From Clostridiales bacterium (GTDB lineage Bacteria; Bacillota; Clostridia; Christensenellales; Aristaeellaceae), in the NCBI GenBank assembly GCA_004556155.1, contig SFIM01000005.1, forward strand, positions 5,705-37,704: a DNA stretch of 32,000 nucleotides, read 5' to 3'. A program made the translations under genes and the position numbers. The notes under the pieces are model-generated. The model had not been told where the DNA came from. It searched no databases and saw only the letters and a list, made by a program, of their open reading frames with translations. Of this stretch, positions 1-8,881 are shown in pieces. Numbering within the stretch: position 1 is the stretch's first letter; the number at the start of each line of letters is the position of its first letter.

Positions 1-1085
1 TATTCCGTCTTGGGCGTGAAGACCTTCAGCTTTTTGGTTTCCACATAGCCCTGGATCAGCTCGTCCGTTGTGCCGTAGCCGCGTCGATTGGAGTTGTTGG
101 GGCCATAGCTGGAATTATAGGCTTCCACCAGCGTCCAGCCGTCGTCGCGCGTTTCCAGTACATGCACGCCCTGCGTTTCACAGGTGATTTCGCCCACGAT
201 ATTGCTGCGCGCGGTGGACTTATCCGGCGTTGCGCGCAGGCGATAGACCTGTTTTTCGGCTTCCTTGCCCGTGCCGGAGATCACCGTCATAGGCGAAATC
301 ATCACGTCCCATATGGCTGCCCAATCATAATTGCCAATTTCCATAGACCAGAAATCACCGGGAATCGTTTCCGTGGCGGATTTGGATACTCGATAGACCG
401 GCGCGGGCGTGGCCGTGGGCTGCGGCGTGGGGGTAACGGGCGCGGAGAAACGCAGCGTGACGGCGCTTGCGCTGCTGGAAAGCCCGGCATGACTTGTCAG
501 TACCGCGTTCAGCGTATACTCGCCCGCGGGCAGATTGCCGGGCAGGGAGATATTCAAGGCGCTGCTGCCTGCCTGTATTTGCGTGTCTTCCAGCGGATAC
601 AGGCCGTTGTTGTCGATGCCTGTCAGCGTCAGGGAGAGCGTGCCGTCCGCAGTAACAATGATGGAAAGCGGCAGCGGTTCATCAATGTAAAGCGCGTCGT
701 TTTGAACGGCGATATAGCGAATCTGCGGAGCGACTTCGCCGATGGTCAGCGTACGCAGTACGGTTTGATCGCCAGCTTGCAGGCGCAAGGTGTATTCGCC
801 TGCTGGCAGCGCCTCGCCTTGTGCGTTCAGGCCGTTATAGGTTAGGTTCAGCATGCCTGTTCCAATTTGCAAATTGCTGCGCAGGGTATGCGCGATATTG
901 CCTTGGCTGTCCAGCAGCTCCAGCGTAATGGCGCAATCTGTATCCACACTGATGCAGATGCGCTCCGCCTTGCCGGGAGAGAGCGACTCAGGGGCGTAAA
1001 CAAAGCCTGCTTCCAGCGCAAAGGCGGGAACGATGGCGAATATACAGACGATCAGCGCCGTCAGCGCGAGAACTTTCAACCGCAT
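1..1085 (-). CDS. Secreted protein with signal peptide, two Ig-like (FlgD-Ig-type) repeats, Pro/Thr linker and SH3-like domain; C-terminus lies outside the window
   Basis: Absent from the ORF track because it has no stop in the window. The reverse complement of 1083-1085 is ATG, preceded by GGAG (complement of 1092-1095, 6-nt spacer). Hand translation gives MRLKVLALTALIVCIFAIVPAFALEAGFVYAPESLSPGKAERICISVDTDCAITLELLDSQGN... The motif LPAGEYTL occurs twice. A PVTPTPQPTATPAP linker follows, then ...YRLRATPDKSTARSNIVGEITCETQGVHVLETRDDGWTLVEAY. The frame stays open to position 1. Confidence 0.7.
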   Translation of the reverse strand, partial: MRLKVLALTALIVCIFAIVPAFALEAGFVYAPESLSPGKAERICISVDTDCAITLELLDSQGNIAHTLRSNLQIGTGMLNLTYNGLNAQGEALPAGEYTLRLQAGDQTVLRTLTIGEVAPQIRYIAVQNDALYIDEPLPLSIIVTADGTLSLTLTGIDNNGLYPLEDTQIQAGSSALNISLPGNLPAGEYTLNAVLTSHAGLSSSASAVTLRFSAPVTPTPQPTATPAPVYRVSKSATETIPGDFWSMEIGNYDWAAIWDVMISPMTVISGTGKEAEKQVYRLRATPDKSTARSNIVGEITCETQGVHVLETRDDGWTLVEAYNSSYGPNNSNRRGYGTTDELIQGYVETKKLKVFTPKTE

Positions 1086-1172
1086 GGGGTACTCCTTTGT
1101 GAAAATAAAATCAACCATTCTTATCATAACAACTGCACGCCCCAAATGCAAGCAATTCGCCCCGGAAAATAA

Positions 1173-1201
1173 TTGTAAAACTTTTCATTTTGCCGTATAC
1201 T
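1173..1201 (+). promoter_or_regulatory. Candidate sigma-70-type promoter for the SNF2 gene
   Basis: TTGTAA (1173-1178), a 17-nt spacer, then TATACT (1196-1201), about 40 nt upstream of the ATG at 1240. Confidence 0.35.
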
Positions 1202-1239
1202 GTAGGCAATGTCGATTGAAGGGGCGGTGAGCGCAAGCG

Positions 1240-3423
1240 ATGCTGGAGCAGGTACTGACGGCGCTAAAGAGCATCCGTGCGCCCGTCGCCACAGACGAAT
1301 ACGATCTGCATCAGCTGGCCTGCCAGGCATTGGCACAGGTGGGCATCGGCTGCGTGCATGAGGCGCAGCTTGCGCCCCGCTACCGCATCGACGTGCTGTG
1401 CGGGCGTGTCGGCATTGAGATCAAGCGCGGCCGGCCGACGGCCTCAGCGTTGACGCGGCAATTGACGCGCTATGCGCAAAGCGGCGCGCTGGATGCGCTG
1501 GTAGTGCTCAGTGAGCAAAGCGTCAGCCTGCCAGAGCAGATTGCGGGCGTGCCGGTGCGGCTGGTTTGCCTGTATAAGCTGTGGGGGCTGAGCGACGCGG
1601 GCGGCGGAATGGAGCATCCGCAGGATGAAACGCTGATCAAGGCTGGTGTGGCTATGCGCTTGGCGCAGGACGCGCTGGCGTTGCCCAGGCTCGAAAGCAG
1701 CGATTATCAGGATGCGGACGTGCCGGCGTATTTACAGGATGCGCCGCCTGCCGGGCATTATTACGGCACGCTTTCCTATAATAATCGCCGCAAAAGCTGG
1801 ACGGTGCGCGGCGAGCCCTGCGTGATTGAACTGTGCAAGCGCCTGTTCCCGGGCACGGACGGCGGCAAGCGCGGCGAGGCGCGTTTTACCGATCACCGCC
1901 GCATTGTGGGTGATCTGAACTGGCTGATGCTGCGCTATCCGCTGCAAATCGCCCCGCGCAATCGGGAGCGCTGGGAAAAGGCCATCAGCGCCGCACGGGA
2001 TTATGCCGCCGCGCGGCAGCGCATACAGGACGCGCCACCGCAGATGGAGCCGCGCGCGGGCAGCTTTATTGGCACGCTGATGCCCTTCCAGAAGGCCGGG
2101 CTTTCCTGGCTGTGCGCCACACCTCGCGCTCTGCTGGCCGATGAAATGGGCCTTGGCAAAACGCTACAGGCGCTGTGCTGCCTATGTAATACGCAGGCGT
2201 TTCCGGCCATTCTGGTGGTGCCGCCGCACCTGGTGCGCAACTGGCAGGCAGAAATCGAGCGCTTTATTCGCATTGAAGGTCGAACACCGCGCGTGCATGT
2301 GCTGCGCGGGCTGACACCCTACGCCCTGCCCGAGGCGGATATTTATATCGTGCATTATCTGCTGCTGCGCGGCTGGAAGGACGTGCTGCCCAATCTGCGC
2401 TTCCGCGCGGCCGTGTTTGACGAGGCGCAGGAGCTTCGCCGCGCTGGCAGCGAAAAGTACAGCGCTGCCAGCCTTTTATCCGAAAGCTGCGAGCGTGTGA
2501 TCGGTCTGTCCGGCACGCCGATCTACAATCAGGGCGGCGAAATATGGAATGTGGTCAACATTCTGGATTACCACTTCCTGGGGGATTGGGAGTCCTTTAC
2601 CCGCGAATGGTGCTATGGCTATGGCAATAACGTGGTCATCAAGCCTGACCTGCTGGGCGAGCATCTGCGCCGAGAGGGGCTGATGCTGCGCCGCACCAAG
2701 GCCGAGGTGCTGCCCGAGCTTCCCGAAAAACGCCGGCTGGTGCAGCAGATTGACGCGGACGATATGGTTTACCGCCGGTTGATGCAGCCTGTGCTTGAAA
2801 AGCTGCGCCTGCTGCGCGCAGACGGCGACATGCCGCCCTCGGCGCGCGCGCTGCTGATGGATCAGATTTCGCTGGAAGAACGCCAGGCCACGGGCATTGC
2901 CAAAGCGCCTTTTGTGTGCCAGTTTGTGCGGGCGCTGCTGGAAAACGGCGAGCGCGTGCTGCTGTTTGCGCATCATCATGCGGTGATGGATATTTATCGG
3001 CAGGAACTGCATGCCTTTTCGCCCGCCTTCATTACAGGCCGTGAATCGGGCGCACAGAAGGAGGAGGCCGCCGCGCGCTTTATGCAGGGGCGAACGAACC
3101 TGTGCTGCGTATCGCTGCGCGCCGCGTCGGGGCTGAACCTTCAGCGCGCCAGTTGCGTGGTGTTTGGCGAGCTGGATTGGTCGCCCGCCGTACATTCGCA
3201 GGCGGAGGATCGCGCGCACCGCATCGGCCAGCGGGATTCGCTGCTGTGCTACTATCTGGTCAGCCCGCAGGGGAGCGACGCGGATATTCAGGAGGCGCTG
3301 GGCCTGAAGGTCAGCCAGTTCCTGGGGCTGATGGGCGAGCGTGCGCCCACGCCCGATCTGATGCAGTCCGACGCCGATTACGCGCGACGCTATGTAGAAA
3401 AACTGCTGTCGCGCGAGGTTTGA
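1240..3423 (+). CDS. SNF2-family (SF2) DNA-dependent ATPase/helicase with an N-terminal PD-(D/E)xK-like module
   Basis: 727-aa ORF. Motifs: LADEMGLGKT (I), ILVVPPHLVRNW (Ia), FDEAQELR (II), GLSGTPIYN (III), LNLQRASCVVFGELDWSPAVHSQAEDRAHRIGQ (V-VI). The N-terminal ~120 aa contain TDEYDLHQ...YRIDVLCGRVGIEIKRG, a D-x8-E-x-K pattern. Confidence 0.9.
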   Translation: MLEQVLTALKSIRAPVATDEYDLHQLACQALAQVGIGCVHEAQLAPRYRIDVLCGRVGIEIKRGRPTASALTRQLTRYAQSGALDALVVLSEQSVSLPEQIAGVPVRLVCLYKLWGLSDAGGGMEHPQDETLIKAGVAMRLAQDALALPRLESSDYQDADVPAYLQDAPPAGHYYGTLSYNNRRKSWTVRGEPCVIELCKRLFPGTDGGKRGEARFTDHRRIVGDLNWLMLRYPLQIAPRNRERWEKAISAARDYAAARQRIQDAPPQMEPRAGSFIGTLMPFQKAGLSWLCATPRALLADEMGLGKTLQALCCLCNTQAFPAILVVPPHLVRNWQAEIERFIRIEGRTPRVHVLRGLTPYALPEADIYIVHYLLLRGWKDVLPNLRFRAAVFDEAQELRRAGSEKYSAASLLSESCERVIGLSGTPIYNQGGEIWNVVNILDYHFLGDWESFTREWCYGYGNNVVIKPDLLGEHLRREGLMLRRTKAEVLPELPEKRRLVQQIDADDMVYRRLMQPVLEKLRLLRADGDMPPSARALLMDQISLEERQATGIAKAPFVCQFVRALLENGERVLLFAHHHAVMDIYRQELHAFSPAFITGRESGAQKEEAAARFMQGRTNLCCVSLRAASGLNLQRASCVVFGELDWSPAVHSQAEDRAHRIGQRDSLLCYYLVSPQGSDADIQEALGLKVSQFLGLMGERAPTPDLMQSDADYARRYVEKLLSREV

Positions 3424-3448
3424 CAAACGCGCACATTTGTTCTATGAT
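3420..3448 (+). promoter_or_regulatory. Candidate sigma-70-type promoter of ruvCAB
   Basis: TTGACA (3420-3425, overlapping the SNF2 stop codon TGA at 3421-3423), a 17-nt spacer, then TATGAT (3443-3448). The ruvC ATG lies 31 nt downstream. Confidence 0.5.
3430..3443 (+). promoter_or_regulatory. Weak LexA (Cheo-box-like) operator candidate in the ruvC promoter spacer
   Basis: CGCACATTTGTTCT against the Gram-positive consensus CGAACRNRYGTTYC gives 11/14 matches by hand. It lies between the -35 and -10 hexamers. Confidence 0.25.
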
Positions 3449-3478
3449 ATTAGCGCATTACATGTCGGGAGGCAAAGC

Positions 3479-3973
3479 ATGCGCATTTTGGGCATTGATC
3501 CAGGCTTGGCCACGCTGGGCTATGGGGTGATCGACACTCAGGGCAGCAAAATCACCCTGATTACCGCAGGTGCGGTGATTACCCCGCCGGATATGATCAC
3601 GCCCGATCGCCTGGTCAAAATTCGCTGCGATATCCGCGAGCTGCTGACGGTTTATCAACCGCAGGAAATCGCCTTTGAGGAGCTGTTCTTTTCAAAGAAT
3701 ATCACCACCGGCATGAATGTTTCGGCAGCGCGCGGGGTTACGCTGTGCGCCTGCGCCGAATATACAAAAGAGCTGTTTGAATACACGCCGATGCAGATCA
3801 AGCAGGCTATTGTCGGCTACGGCAAGGCCGATAAGCACCAGATTCAGGAAATGGTGCGCATGATCCTGCATCAGGAAAAGATCATCAGGCCCGACGACGC
3901 GGCGGACGCCGTGGCCGTGGCCATCACCCATGCCAACACGGGAATGCTGCGCGAGCAGTTCCGCATGAAATAA
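3479..3973 (+). CDS. ruvC: Crossover junction endodeoxyribonuclease RuvC
   Basis: MRILGIDPGLATLGYGVID..., FEELFF, DDAADAVAVAITH. The ATG at 3479 follows GGGAGG (3467-3472, 6-nt spacer). The track start at 3437 (TTG) sits inside the promoter. Confidence 0.9.
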   Translation: MRILGIDPGLATLGYGVIDTQGSKITLITAGAVITPPDMITPDRLVKIRCDIRELLTVYQPQEIAFEELFFSKNITTGMNVSAARGVTLCACAEYTKELFEYTPMQIKQAIVGYGKADKHQIQEMVRMILHQEKIIRPDDAADAVAVAITHANTGMLREQFRMK

Positions 3974-3984
3974 GGAGCATCAGC

Positions 3985-4590
3985 ATGTTTGCATACATGA
4001 CAGGCATCGTGGCGGAAAAGGGCCACAACGAGCTGGTGATCGAGACCGGTGGTATCGGCTATCAGCTGATTTGCAGTATGAACACGGTGCAAAACGCCGG
4101 GTCCGTGGGCGAAAGCATGCGCGTATATACCTATCTGAATGTGCGGCAGGATGGGCTGGATCTCTTTGGCTTTGAATCGCGCGAGGAGCGCGAGATGTTT
4201 CTGCGCCTGACCGGGGTGAGCGGCATCGGCCCGCGCACAGCCATCGCGATACTGGGCAGCATGCCGCTGCGGGATTTGACGCTGGCCATCCTGATGGGCG
4301 ATACAACGGCCCTGTGCCGCGCGCCGGGCATTGGCAAAAAGACAGCGCAGCGCATCGCGCTGGAACTGAAGGAAAAGATTACCGACGACGAGGTGAACGC
4401 CCTGCCGCAGGGCATGGCCGCCACCGCGCAGGCGGCGCACCGCCGGGACGATCCCGTGGCCGAGGCCATGATCGCTCTGCAATCTCTGGGCTACAGCCAG
4501 GGAGAAGCCATGCATGCGCTCAGCGCCGTCAAGGATAAAAGCGATCAAAGCGACGAGCTGGTGCGGCTGGCGCTGCGCGGCATGATGTAA
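3985..4590 (+). CDS. ruvA: Holliday junction branch migration complex subunit RuvA
   Basis: [28 protein letters not shown]..., helix-hairpin-helix segments ([24 protein letters not shown]). AAGGAG RBS upstream. Position between ruvC and ruvB. Confidence 0.92.
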   Translation: MFAYMTGIVAEKGHNELVIETGGIGYQLICSMNTVQNAGSVGESMRVYTYLNVRQDGLDLFGFESREEREMFLRLTGVSGIGPRTAIAILGSMPLRDLTLAILMGDTTALCRAPGIGKKTAQRIALELKEKITDDEVNALPQGMAATAQAAHRRDDPVAEAMIALQSLGYSQGEAMHALSAVKDKSDQSDELVRLALRGMM

Positions 4591-4606
4591 GGGCGGGAGG
4601 GCGCTT

Positions 4607-5662
4607 ATGGAAGAAGAACGCTTGATAGCCGGCGAAATGCAAAGCGAGGATATGGAAATTGAAACCTCGCTGCGTCCGCGCTCGCTGCGCGAGTATTTCG
4701 GCCAGCAAAAGGTAAAGGACAGCCTGTCCATCTATATCAGCGCGGCGCTTCGGCGGCATGATTCGCTGGATCATATTCTGCTCTACGGCCCGCCCGGCCT
4801 TGGCAAAACCTGCCTGGCCGGTATTGTTGCGGCCGAAATGGGGCAGAACATCCGCATCACCTCCGGTCCGGCCATCGACCGCGCGGGCGATCTGGCTTCC
4901 ATTCTGGTCAAGCTGGAACCGGGCGACGTGCTGTTTATCGATGAGATTCATCGCCTTTCCCATGCGGTAGAAGAAGTGCTCTACTCCGCCATGGAGGATT
5001 ATGAAATCGACCTGATGACGGGCAAGGGCCCCACGGCGCGCTCCATGCGCATCGCCCTGCCCAAGTTTACGCTGGTGGGGGCGACCACCCGCGCGGGTCA
5101 GCTTTCCGCCCCGCTGCGCGACCGCTTCGGCATCATCTTCCGACTGGAAATGTACTCGCCCGAGGAGCTTTCCCAGATCGTCAGCCGCAGCGCGCGCATC
5201 CTGAATGTGAAAAGCGATCCGGAGGGTCTGCTGGAAATCGCCCGCCGCAGCCGCGGCACGCCGCGTATCGCCAACCGCATGCTCAAGCGCGTGCGCGATT
5301 ATGCCCAGGTGCGCGGCGATGGCAAGATCACCCGCGAAATCGCCAGCGAGGGGCTGAGCATGCTGGATGTGGACGAGTTGGGGTTGGATCGTGTGGATCG
5401 TACGCTGCTGACCACGATGATCGATAAGTTCGGCGGTGGCCCGGTGGGGCTGGATACATTGGCCGCGTCTACGGGTGAGGATGCCAACACCATTGAGGAT
5501 GTGTACGAGCCGTATCTTTTACAGTTAGGCTTTATCCAGCGAACGCCGCGCGGCCGCATCTGCACTGCGGCGGCCTATGAACATCTGGGAAGAGTAAAGC
5601 CCGCTTCGCTGGCCGAAATGGTGGAGCAGGGATCGCTTCTGGATCCGTCAGACGAGGATTAG
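4607..5662 (+). CDS. ruvB: Holliday junction branch migration DNA helicase RuvB
   Basis: [19 protein letters not shown], Walker [15 protein letters not shown], Walker [35 protein letters not shown]. Confidence 0.95.
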   Translation: MEEERLIAGEMQSEDMEIETSLRPRSLREYFGQQKVKDSLSIYISAALRRHDSLDHILLYGPPGLGKTCLAGIVAAEMGQNIRITSGPAIDRAGDLASILVKLEPGDVLFIDEIHRLSHAVEEVLYSAMEDYEIDLMTGKGPTARSMRIALPKFTLVGATTRAGQLSAPLRDRFGIIFRLEMYSPEELSQIVSRSARILNVKSDPEGLLEIARRSRGTPRIANRMLKRVRDYAQVRGDGKITREIASEGLSMLDVDELGLDRVDRTLLTTMIDKFGGGPVGLDTLAASTGEDANTIEDVYEPYLLQLGFIQRTPRGRICTAAAYEHLGRVKPASLAEMVEQGSLLDPSDED

Positions 5663-5705
5663 GCGGCCTTTAAGAAATACAGCATAAAAGGAAATGAGCT
5701 TTGGC

Positions 5706-6746
5706 ATGAAAACAAGCGATTTTGATTATCATCTTCCGGAAGAGCTGATTGCCCAAACGCCGGTAGAGCCGCGCGATTCCAGTCGCATGATGGTTTGCAA
5801 CCGTAATAACGAGCGGCGCGAGGATCATATTTTCCGCGAGCTGCCGCAGTTCCTGCGTCCGGGCGATGTGATGGTGCTCAATGAAACGCGCGTGATTCCC
5901 GCGCGTCTGCTGGGCGTTAAGGAAAGCACGGGCGTGCCCACCGAGGTGCTGCTGCTGCGCCGACTGGATATGAATACCTGGGAAACGCTGGTAAAGCCGG
6001 GCCGCCGCCTGCATCAGGGCGATACGGTATCCTTTGGCGATGGGCTGCTGCGTGCGGAAATTATGGATACAACGGACGCGGGCGGGCGCGTGGTGCGCTT
6101 TATTTATGAGGGCGTATTTGAAAGCCTGCTGGATAAGCTGGGGGAGATGCCCCTGCCGCCCTATATCCATGAAAAACTGGACGATCCTACGCGCTATCAG
6201 ACGGTTTACGCGCGCCTGGATGGCAGCGCCGCCGCGCCTACCGCTGGCCTGCATTTTACGCCCGAGCTATTGCAAAAGGTGCGCGATATGGGCGTGGATG
6301 TGGTGCCGGTGCTGCTGCATGTGGGACTTGGCACCTTCCGCCCTGTCAAGGAAGAAGATGTGGATCGTCATATCATGCACAGCGAATACTATGAGGTGTC
6401 GCAGGATGCGGCGGATCGCATCAACCGCGCGCGTCAAAACGGTGGACGGCTGCTGTGCATTGGCACCACCTCCATGCGCACCATTGAAACCGTGGCGGAC
6501 GCGGATGGCGTGGTGCATCCCGGCAGCGGCATGACGGATATCTTTATCAAGCCCGGCGTGCCCATCAAGGCGGTTGATATGCTGCTGACCAACTTCCACC
6601 TGCCGCAAAGCACGCTGCTGATGCTGGTTTCGGCCATGATGGGACGTGAAAACGCGCTGGCCGCCTATGCTGAGGCGGTGGAAAAGCGGTATCGCTTCTT
6701 CAGCTTCGGCGACTGCATGCTGCTGGGCAATGATTTGCTGAAATAA
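5706..6746 (+). CDS. queA: S-adenosylmethionine:tRNA ribosyltransferase-isomerase QueA
   Basis: [17 protein letters not shown] matches the canonical QueA N-terminus. Also [30 protein letters not shown]. The track start at 5694 directly abuts the AAAGGAA RBS, so the ATG at 5706 is preferred. Confidence 0.9.
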   Translation: MKTSDFDYHLPEELIAQTPVEPRDSSRMMVCNRNNERREDHIFRELPQFLRPGDVMVLNETRVIPARLLGVKESTGVPTEVLLLRRLDMNTWETLVKPGRRLHQGDTVSFGDGLLRAEIMDTTDAGGRVVRFIYEGVFESLLDKLGEMPLPPYIHEKLDDPTRYQTVYARLDGSAAAPTAGLHFTPELLQKVRDMGVDVVPVLLHVGLGTFRPVKEEDVDRHIMHSEYYEVSQDAADRINRARQNGGRLLCIGTTSMRTIETVADADGVVHPGSGMTDIFIKPGVPIKAVDMLLTNFHLPQSTLLMLVSAMMGRENALAAYAEAVEKRYRFFSFGDCMLLGNDLLK

Positions 6747-6755
6747 GGAAAAACC

Positions 6756-7604
6756 ATGAAAATAGCGGTATTTGGCGGCATGAACATGGATATCTGCGGG
6801 CGTACGGATCATCCGCTGCGTCTGCGGGATTCCAACATCGGCCATATTCAGATGCAGCCCGGCGGGGTAGGGCGTAACATCGCCGCACGCTTGGCGGAGA
6901 ACGGCGCGAAATGTGAGTTGTTTACCGTGCTTGGCAGCGACGCGATGTCCGATACCTTGCGTGCAGATTGTCAAAAACGCGGCATTTCGCTGCAGCATGC
7001 GCTTTGTTGTGAGGGCGGCGCGTGCGTGTATCTGTGCATGCATGACCTCGACGGCGATATGCTGTTGGCCATGAACGATATGGCCTTGACTGAGCGGTTG
7101 GACTGCGGTTATGCGCGGTCTATACTGCCTATTCTGGCGGGCTTTGATCTGTGCGTGCTGGATGCAAACGCCCCGGCTGATACGCTGACATTCCTGGCGC
7201 AGGATCTGAAAATTCCTACGCTGCTGGATCCTGTCAGCTGCGCCAAGGCGGAGCGCGTCCGCGCGGCGCTGCCGCATCTGACGGCCATTAAGCCCAATAT
7301 CTACGAAGCCCGCGCGCTGACCGGCTGCGATGCGCCCGAGGATTGCGCCCATGCCTTGCTTGCGCAGGGTGTGCAGCGGGTGTTTATTTCTCTTGGAGCG
7401 GAGGGCGTGATGTACGCGGACGCGGAGGGAAGCGGTATCGTACCGGTTCTCCAATCCACCGACGCTCCCAAAACCGGCGCGGGGGATGCCATGTGCGCAG
7501 GAATCGCCATGGCCTTGGCAAGCGGTAAAAACACACCACAGTGCGCCCAGGAGGGCATGTGCTGTGCGCGGCGTTTTTTGCTCGATATAGATCAAAAGGA
7601 GTGA
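6756..7604 (+). CDS. psuK: PfkB-family carbohydrate kinase, probable pseudouridine kinase
   Basis: GGMNMDI...QPGGVGRNIA N-terminal motif and C-terminal KTGAGDAMCAGIA motif of the ribokinase/PfkB family. It lies immediately upstream of psuG. Confidence 0.75.
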   Translation: MKIAVFGGMNMDICGRTDHPLRLRDSNIGHIQMQPGGVGRNIAARLAENGAKCELFTVLGSDAMSDTLRADCQKRGISLQHALCCEGGACVYLCMHDLDGDMLLAMNDMALTERLDCGYARSILPILAGFDLCVLDANAPADTLTFLAQDLKIPTLLDPVSCAKAERVRAALPHLTAIKPNIYEARALTGCDAPEDCAHALLAQGVQRVFISLGAEGVMYADAEGSGIVPVLQSTDAPKTGAGDAMCAGIAMALASGKNTPQCAQEGMCCARRFLLDIDQKE

Positions 7605-7610
7605 TTTGCA

Positions 7611-8528
7611 ATGAAAAATCTGCATGAGTATCTCAAAATTTCGCCTGCTGTGCAAAAAGCGCTGGACGAGGGTCGTCCTGTGCTGGCGCTGGAAAGCACC
7701 ATTATCAGCCACGGCATGCCGTATCCCCAGAACCTGGAAACCGCCCGCCTGTGCGAGGCGGAAGCCCGCAAGCACGGCGTGGAGCCCGCTACGGTGGCCA
7801 TCATCCACGGCAAGCTCTGCGCGGGCCTGACCGATGAAGAACTGGAATACCTGGCCAAGGCCGGCCCCAAGGTGGCCAAGGCTAGCCGCCGCGATCTGCC
7901 TATCCTGGCTGCGCGCGGCGCGGACGGTGCCACCACCGTTGCCGCCACCATGATTGTGGCCGCCATGGCGGGCATCCGCGTGTTTGCCACGGGCGGCATC
8001 GGCGGCGTGCATCGCGGCGCTGAGGTAACGATGGACATTTCCGCCGACCTGGAGGAGCTGGCGCGCACGCCTGTGGCCGTGGTCTGCGCGGGCGCTAAGA
8101 GCATTCTGGATCTGGGCCTGACGCTGGAATACCTGGAGACCAAGGGCGTGCCCGTGCTGGGCTACCGCACCGAAACGCTGCCCGCCTTCTATACTGATGA
8201 AAGCGATTTCAAGGTTGATTACCGCATGGATTCTCCCGAGGAGATCGCCGCTGCCGTCACCGCTCAGCGCGATATGGGCTATCCCGGCGGCATGCTGATC
8301 ACCAATCCCATCCCGCATCAGTATGCCATGCCCAAGGATGTGATCGACGCGGCTATTAACCAGGCGCTGGCCGAGGCCAAGGAGCAGGGCGTCAAGGGCA
8401 AGGCGACAACGCCCTTCCTGCTGGCGCGCGTGTGCGAGCTGACGGGCGGCGAGAGCCTGAAGAGCAATATTAAACTGGTGCTCAACAACGTCGCCCTGGG
8501 CGCGCAGATCGCCGCCGCGATGCATTGA
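7611..8528 (+). CDS. psuG: Pseudouridine-5'-phosphate glycosidase (IndA/YeiN family)
   Basis: LKISPAVQKALDEGRPVLALESTIISHGMPYPQNLETA..., VFATGGIGGVHRGAE, VVCAGAKSILD. AAGGAG RBS. Confidence 0.88.
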   Translation: MKNLHEYLKISPAVQKALDEGRPVLALESTIISHGMPYPQNLETARLCEAEARKHGVEPATVAIIHGKLCAGLTDEELEYLAKAGPKVAKASRRDLPILAARGADGATTVAATMIVAAMAGIRVFATGGIGGVHRGAEVTMDISADLEELARTPVAVVCAGAKSILDLGLTLEYLETKGVPVLGYRTETLPAFYTDESDFKVDYRMDSPEEIAAAVTAQRDMGYPGGMLITNPIPHQYAMPKDVIDAAINQALAEAKEQGVKGKATTPFLLARVCELTGGESLKSNIKLVLNNVALGAQIAAAMH

Positions 8529-8558
8529 CAAAAATTTGAATTATTTTGTAAAAAACCC

Positions 8559-8587
8559 TTGACACCAGGAAGACTTGCTGATATAAT
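8559..8587 (+). promoter_or_regulatory. Consensus sigma-70-type promoter for tRNA-Pro
   Basis: TTGACA (8559-8564), a 17-nt spacer, then TATAAT (8582-8587). Both hexamers are perfect. The tRNA starts 35 nt downstream. Confidence 0.65.
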
Positions 8588-8621
8588 ACATCCTGCGCCT
8601 GAGAGATGGCGCGGGACGTAT

Positions 8622-8698
8622 CTGGGTGTAGCGCAGCTTGGTAGCGTGCTTGAATGGGGTTCAAGAGGTCGAGAGTTCAAATCTCTCCACCCAGACCA
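8622..8698 (+). tRNA. tRNA-Pro (anticodon GGG)
   Basis: Hand-folded 77-nt cloverleaf. Acceptor CTGGGTG/CACCCAG with C1:G72 and A73-CCA. D arm GCGC-AGCTTGGTA-GCGT. Anticodon arm CTTGA-ATGGGGT-TCAAG (T33, GGG at 34-36, G37). T arm GAGAG-TTCAAAT-CTCTC. Confidence 0.9.
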
Positions 8699-8699
8699 A

Positions 8700-8733
8700 A
8701 ACGTTGGAAGGTTCATTCTTCCAACGTTTTTTT
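8700..8733 (+). terminator. Rho-independent terminator after tRNA-Pro
   Basis: AACGTTGGAAG (8700-8710), loop GTTCATT, CTTCCAACGTT (8718-8728), followed by a T-run to 8733. Confidence 0.8.
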
Positions 8734-8843
8734 ATGCTATTTTCCACCTTGATATTTATCCGGCTGAAAACGACGGCCATCATGGATATAACTATATTCC
8801 GCGGGATAACTACATAAAATTTTACATAAACCGCAAATAACCC

Positions 8844-8872
8844 TTGCGCGTGGCGTGCGGGCAGGGTACAAT
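8844..8872 (+). promoter_or_regulatory. Candidate promoter of tilS (possibly giving a near-leaderless mRNA)
   Basis: TTGCGC (8844-8849), a 17-nt spacer, then TACAAT (8867-8872). The ATG at 8882 is only 9 nt past the -10 hexamer and has no Shine-Dalgarno sequence. Confidence 0.3.
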
Positions 8873-8881
8873 AATAAAGCT

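Noticed and set aside
162-845. A 227-aa plus-strand ORF near the window start, and plus-strand ORFs at 28726-29535 and 29640-30380.
   Set aside because: Each is codon-aligned antisense to a real minus-strand CDS (the secreted protein at 1-1085, the zinc-ribbon gene, and NIF3). The translations are Arg/Gly/Ala-rich and lack motifs.
6267-8531. A 754-aa minus-strand ORF spanning the end of queA, all of psuK and all of psuG.
   Set aside because: This is a shadow ORF. queA (phase of 5694/5706), psuK (6756) and psuG (7611) all start at coordinates divisible by 3. The antisense ORF's codons (8529-8531 downward) are exactly codon-aligned with them. In that frame, antisense stops arise only from sense TTA, CTA or TCA codons, which are rare in this GC-rich genome. 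The translation is Arg/Ala/Gly/His/Leu/Gln-rich with no recognisable motifs, while the sense genes have clear family motifs.
8529-8881. The tRNA-Pro locus as a possible integration hotspot or att site for a mobile element.
   Set aside because: I found no integrase, no direct repeat of the tRNA 3' end and no foreign-looking genes nearby. The flanks are psuG and tilS, with only promoter and terminator signals between them.
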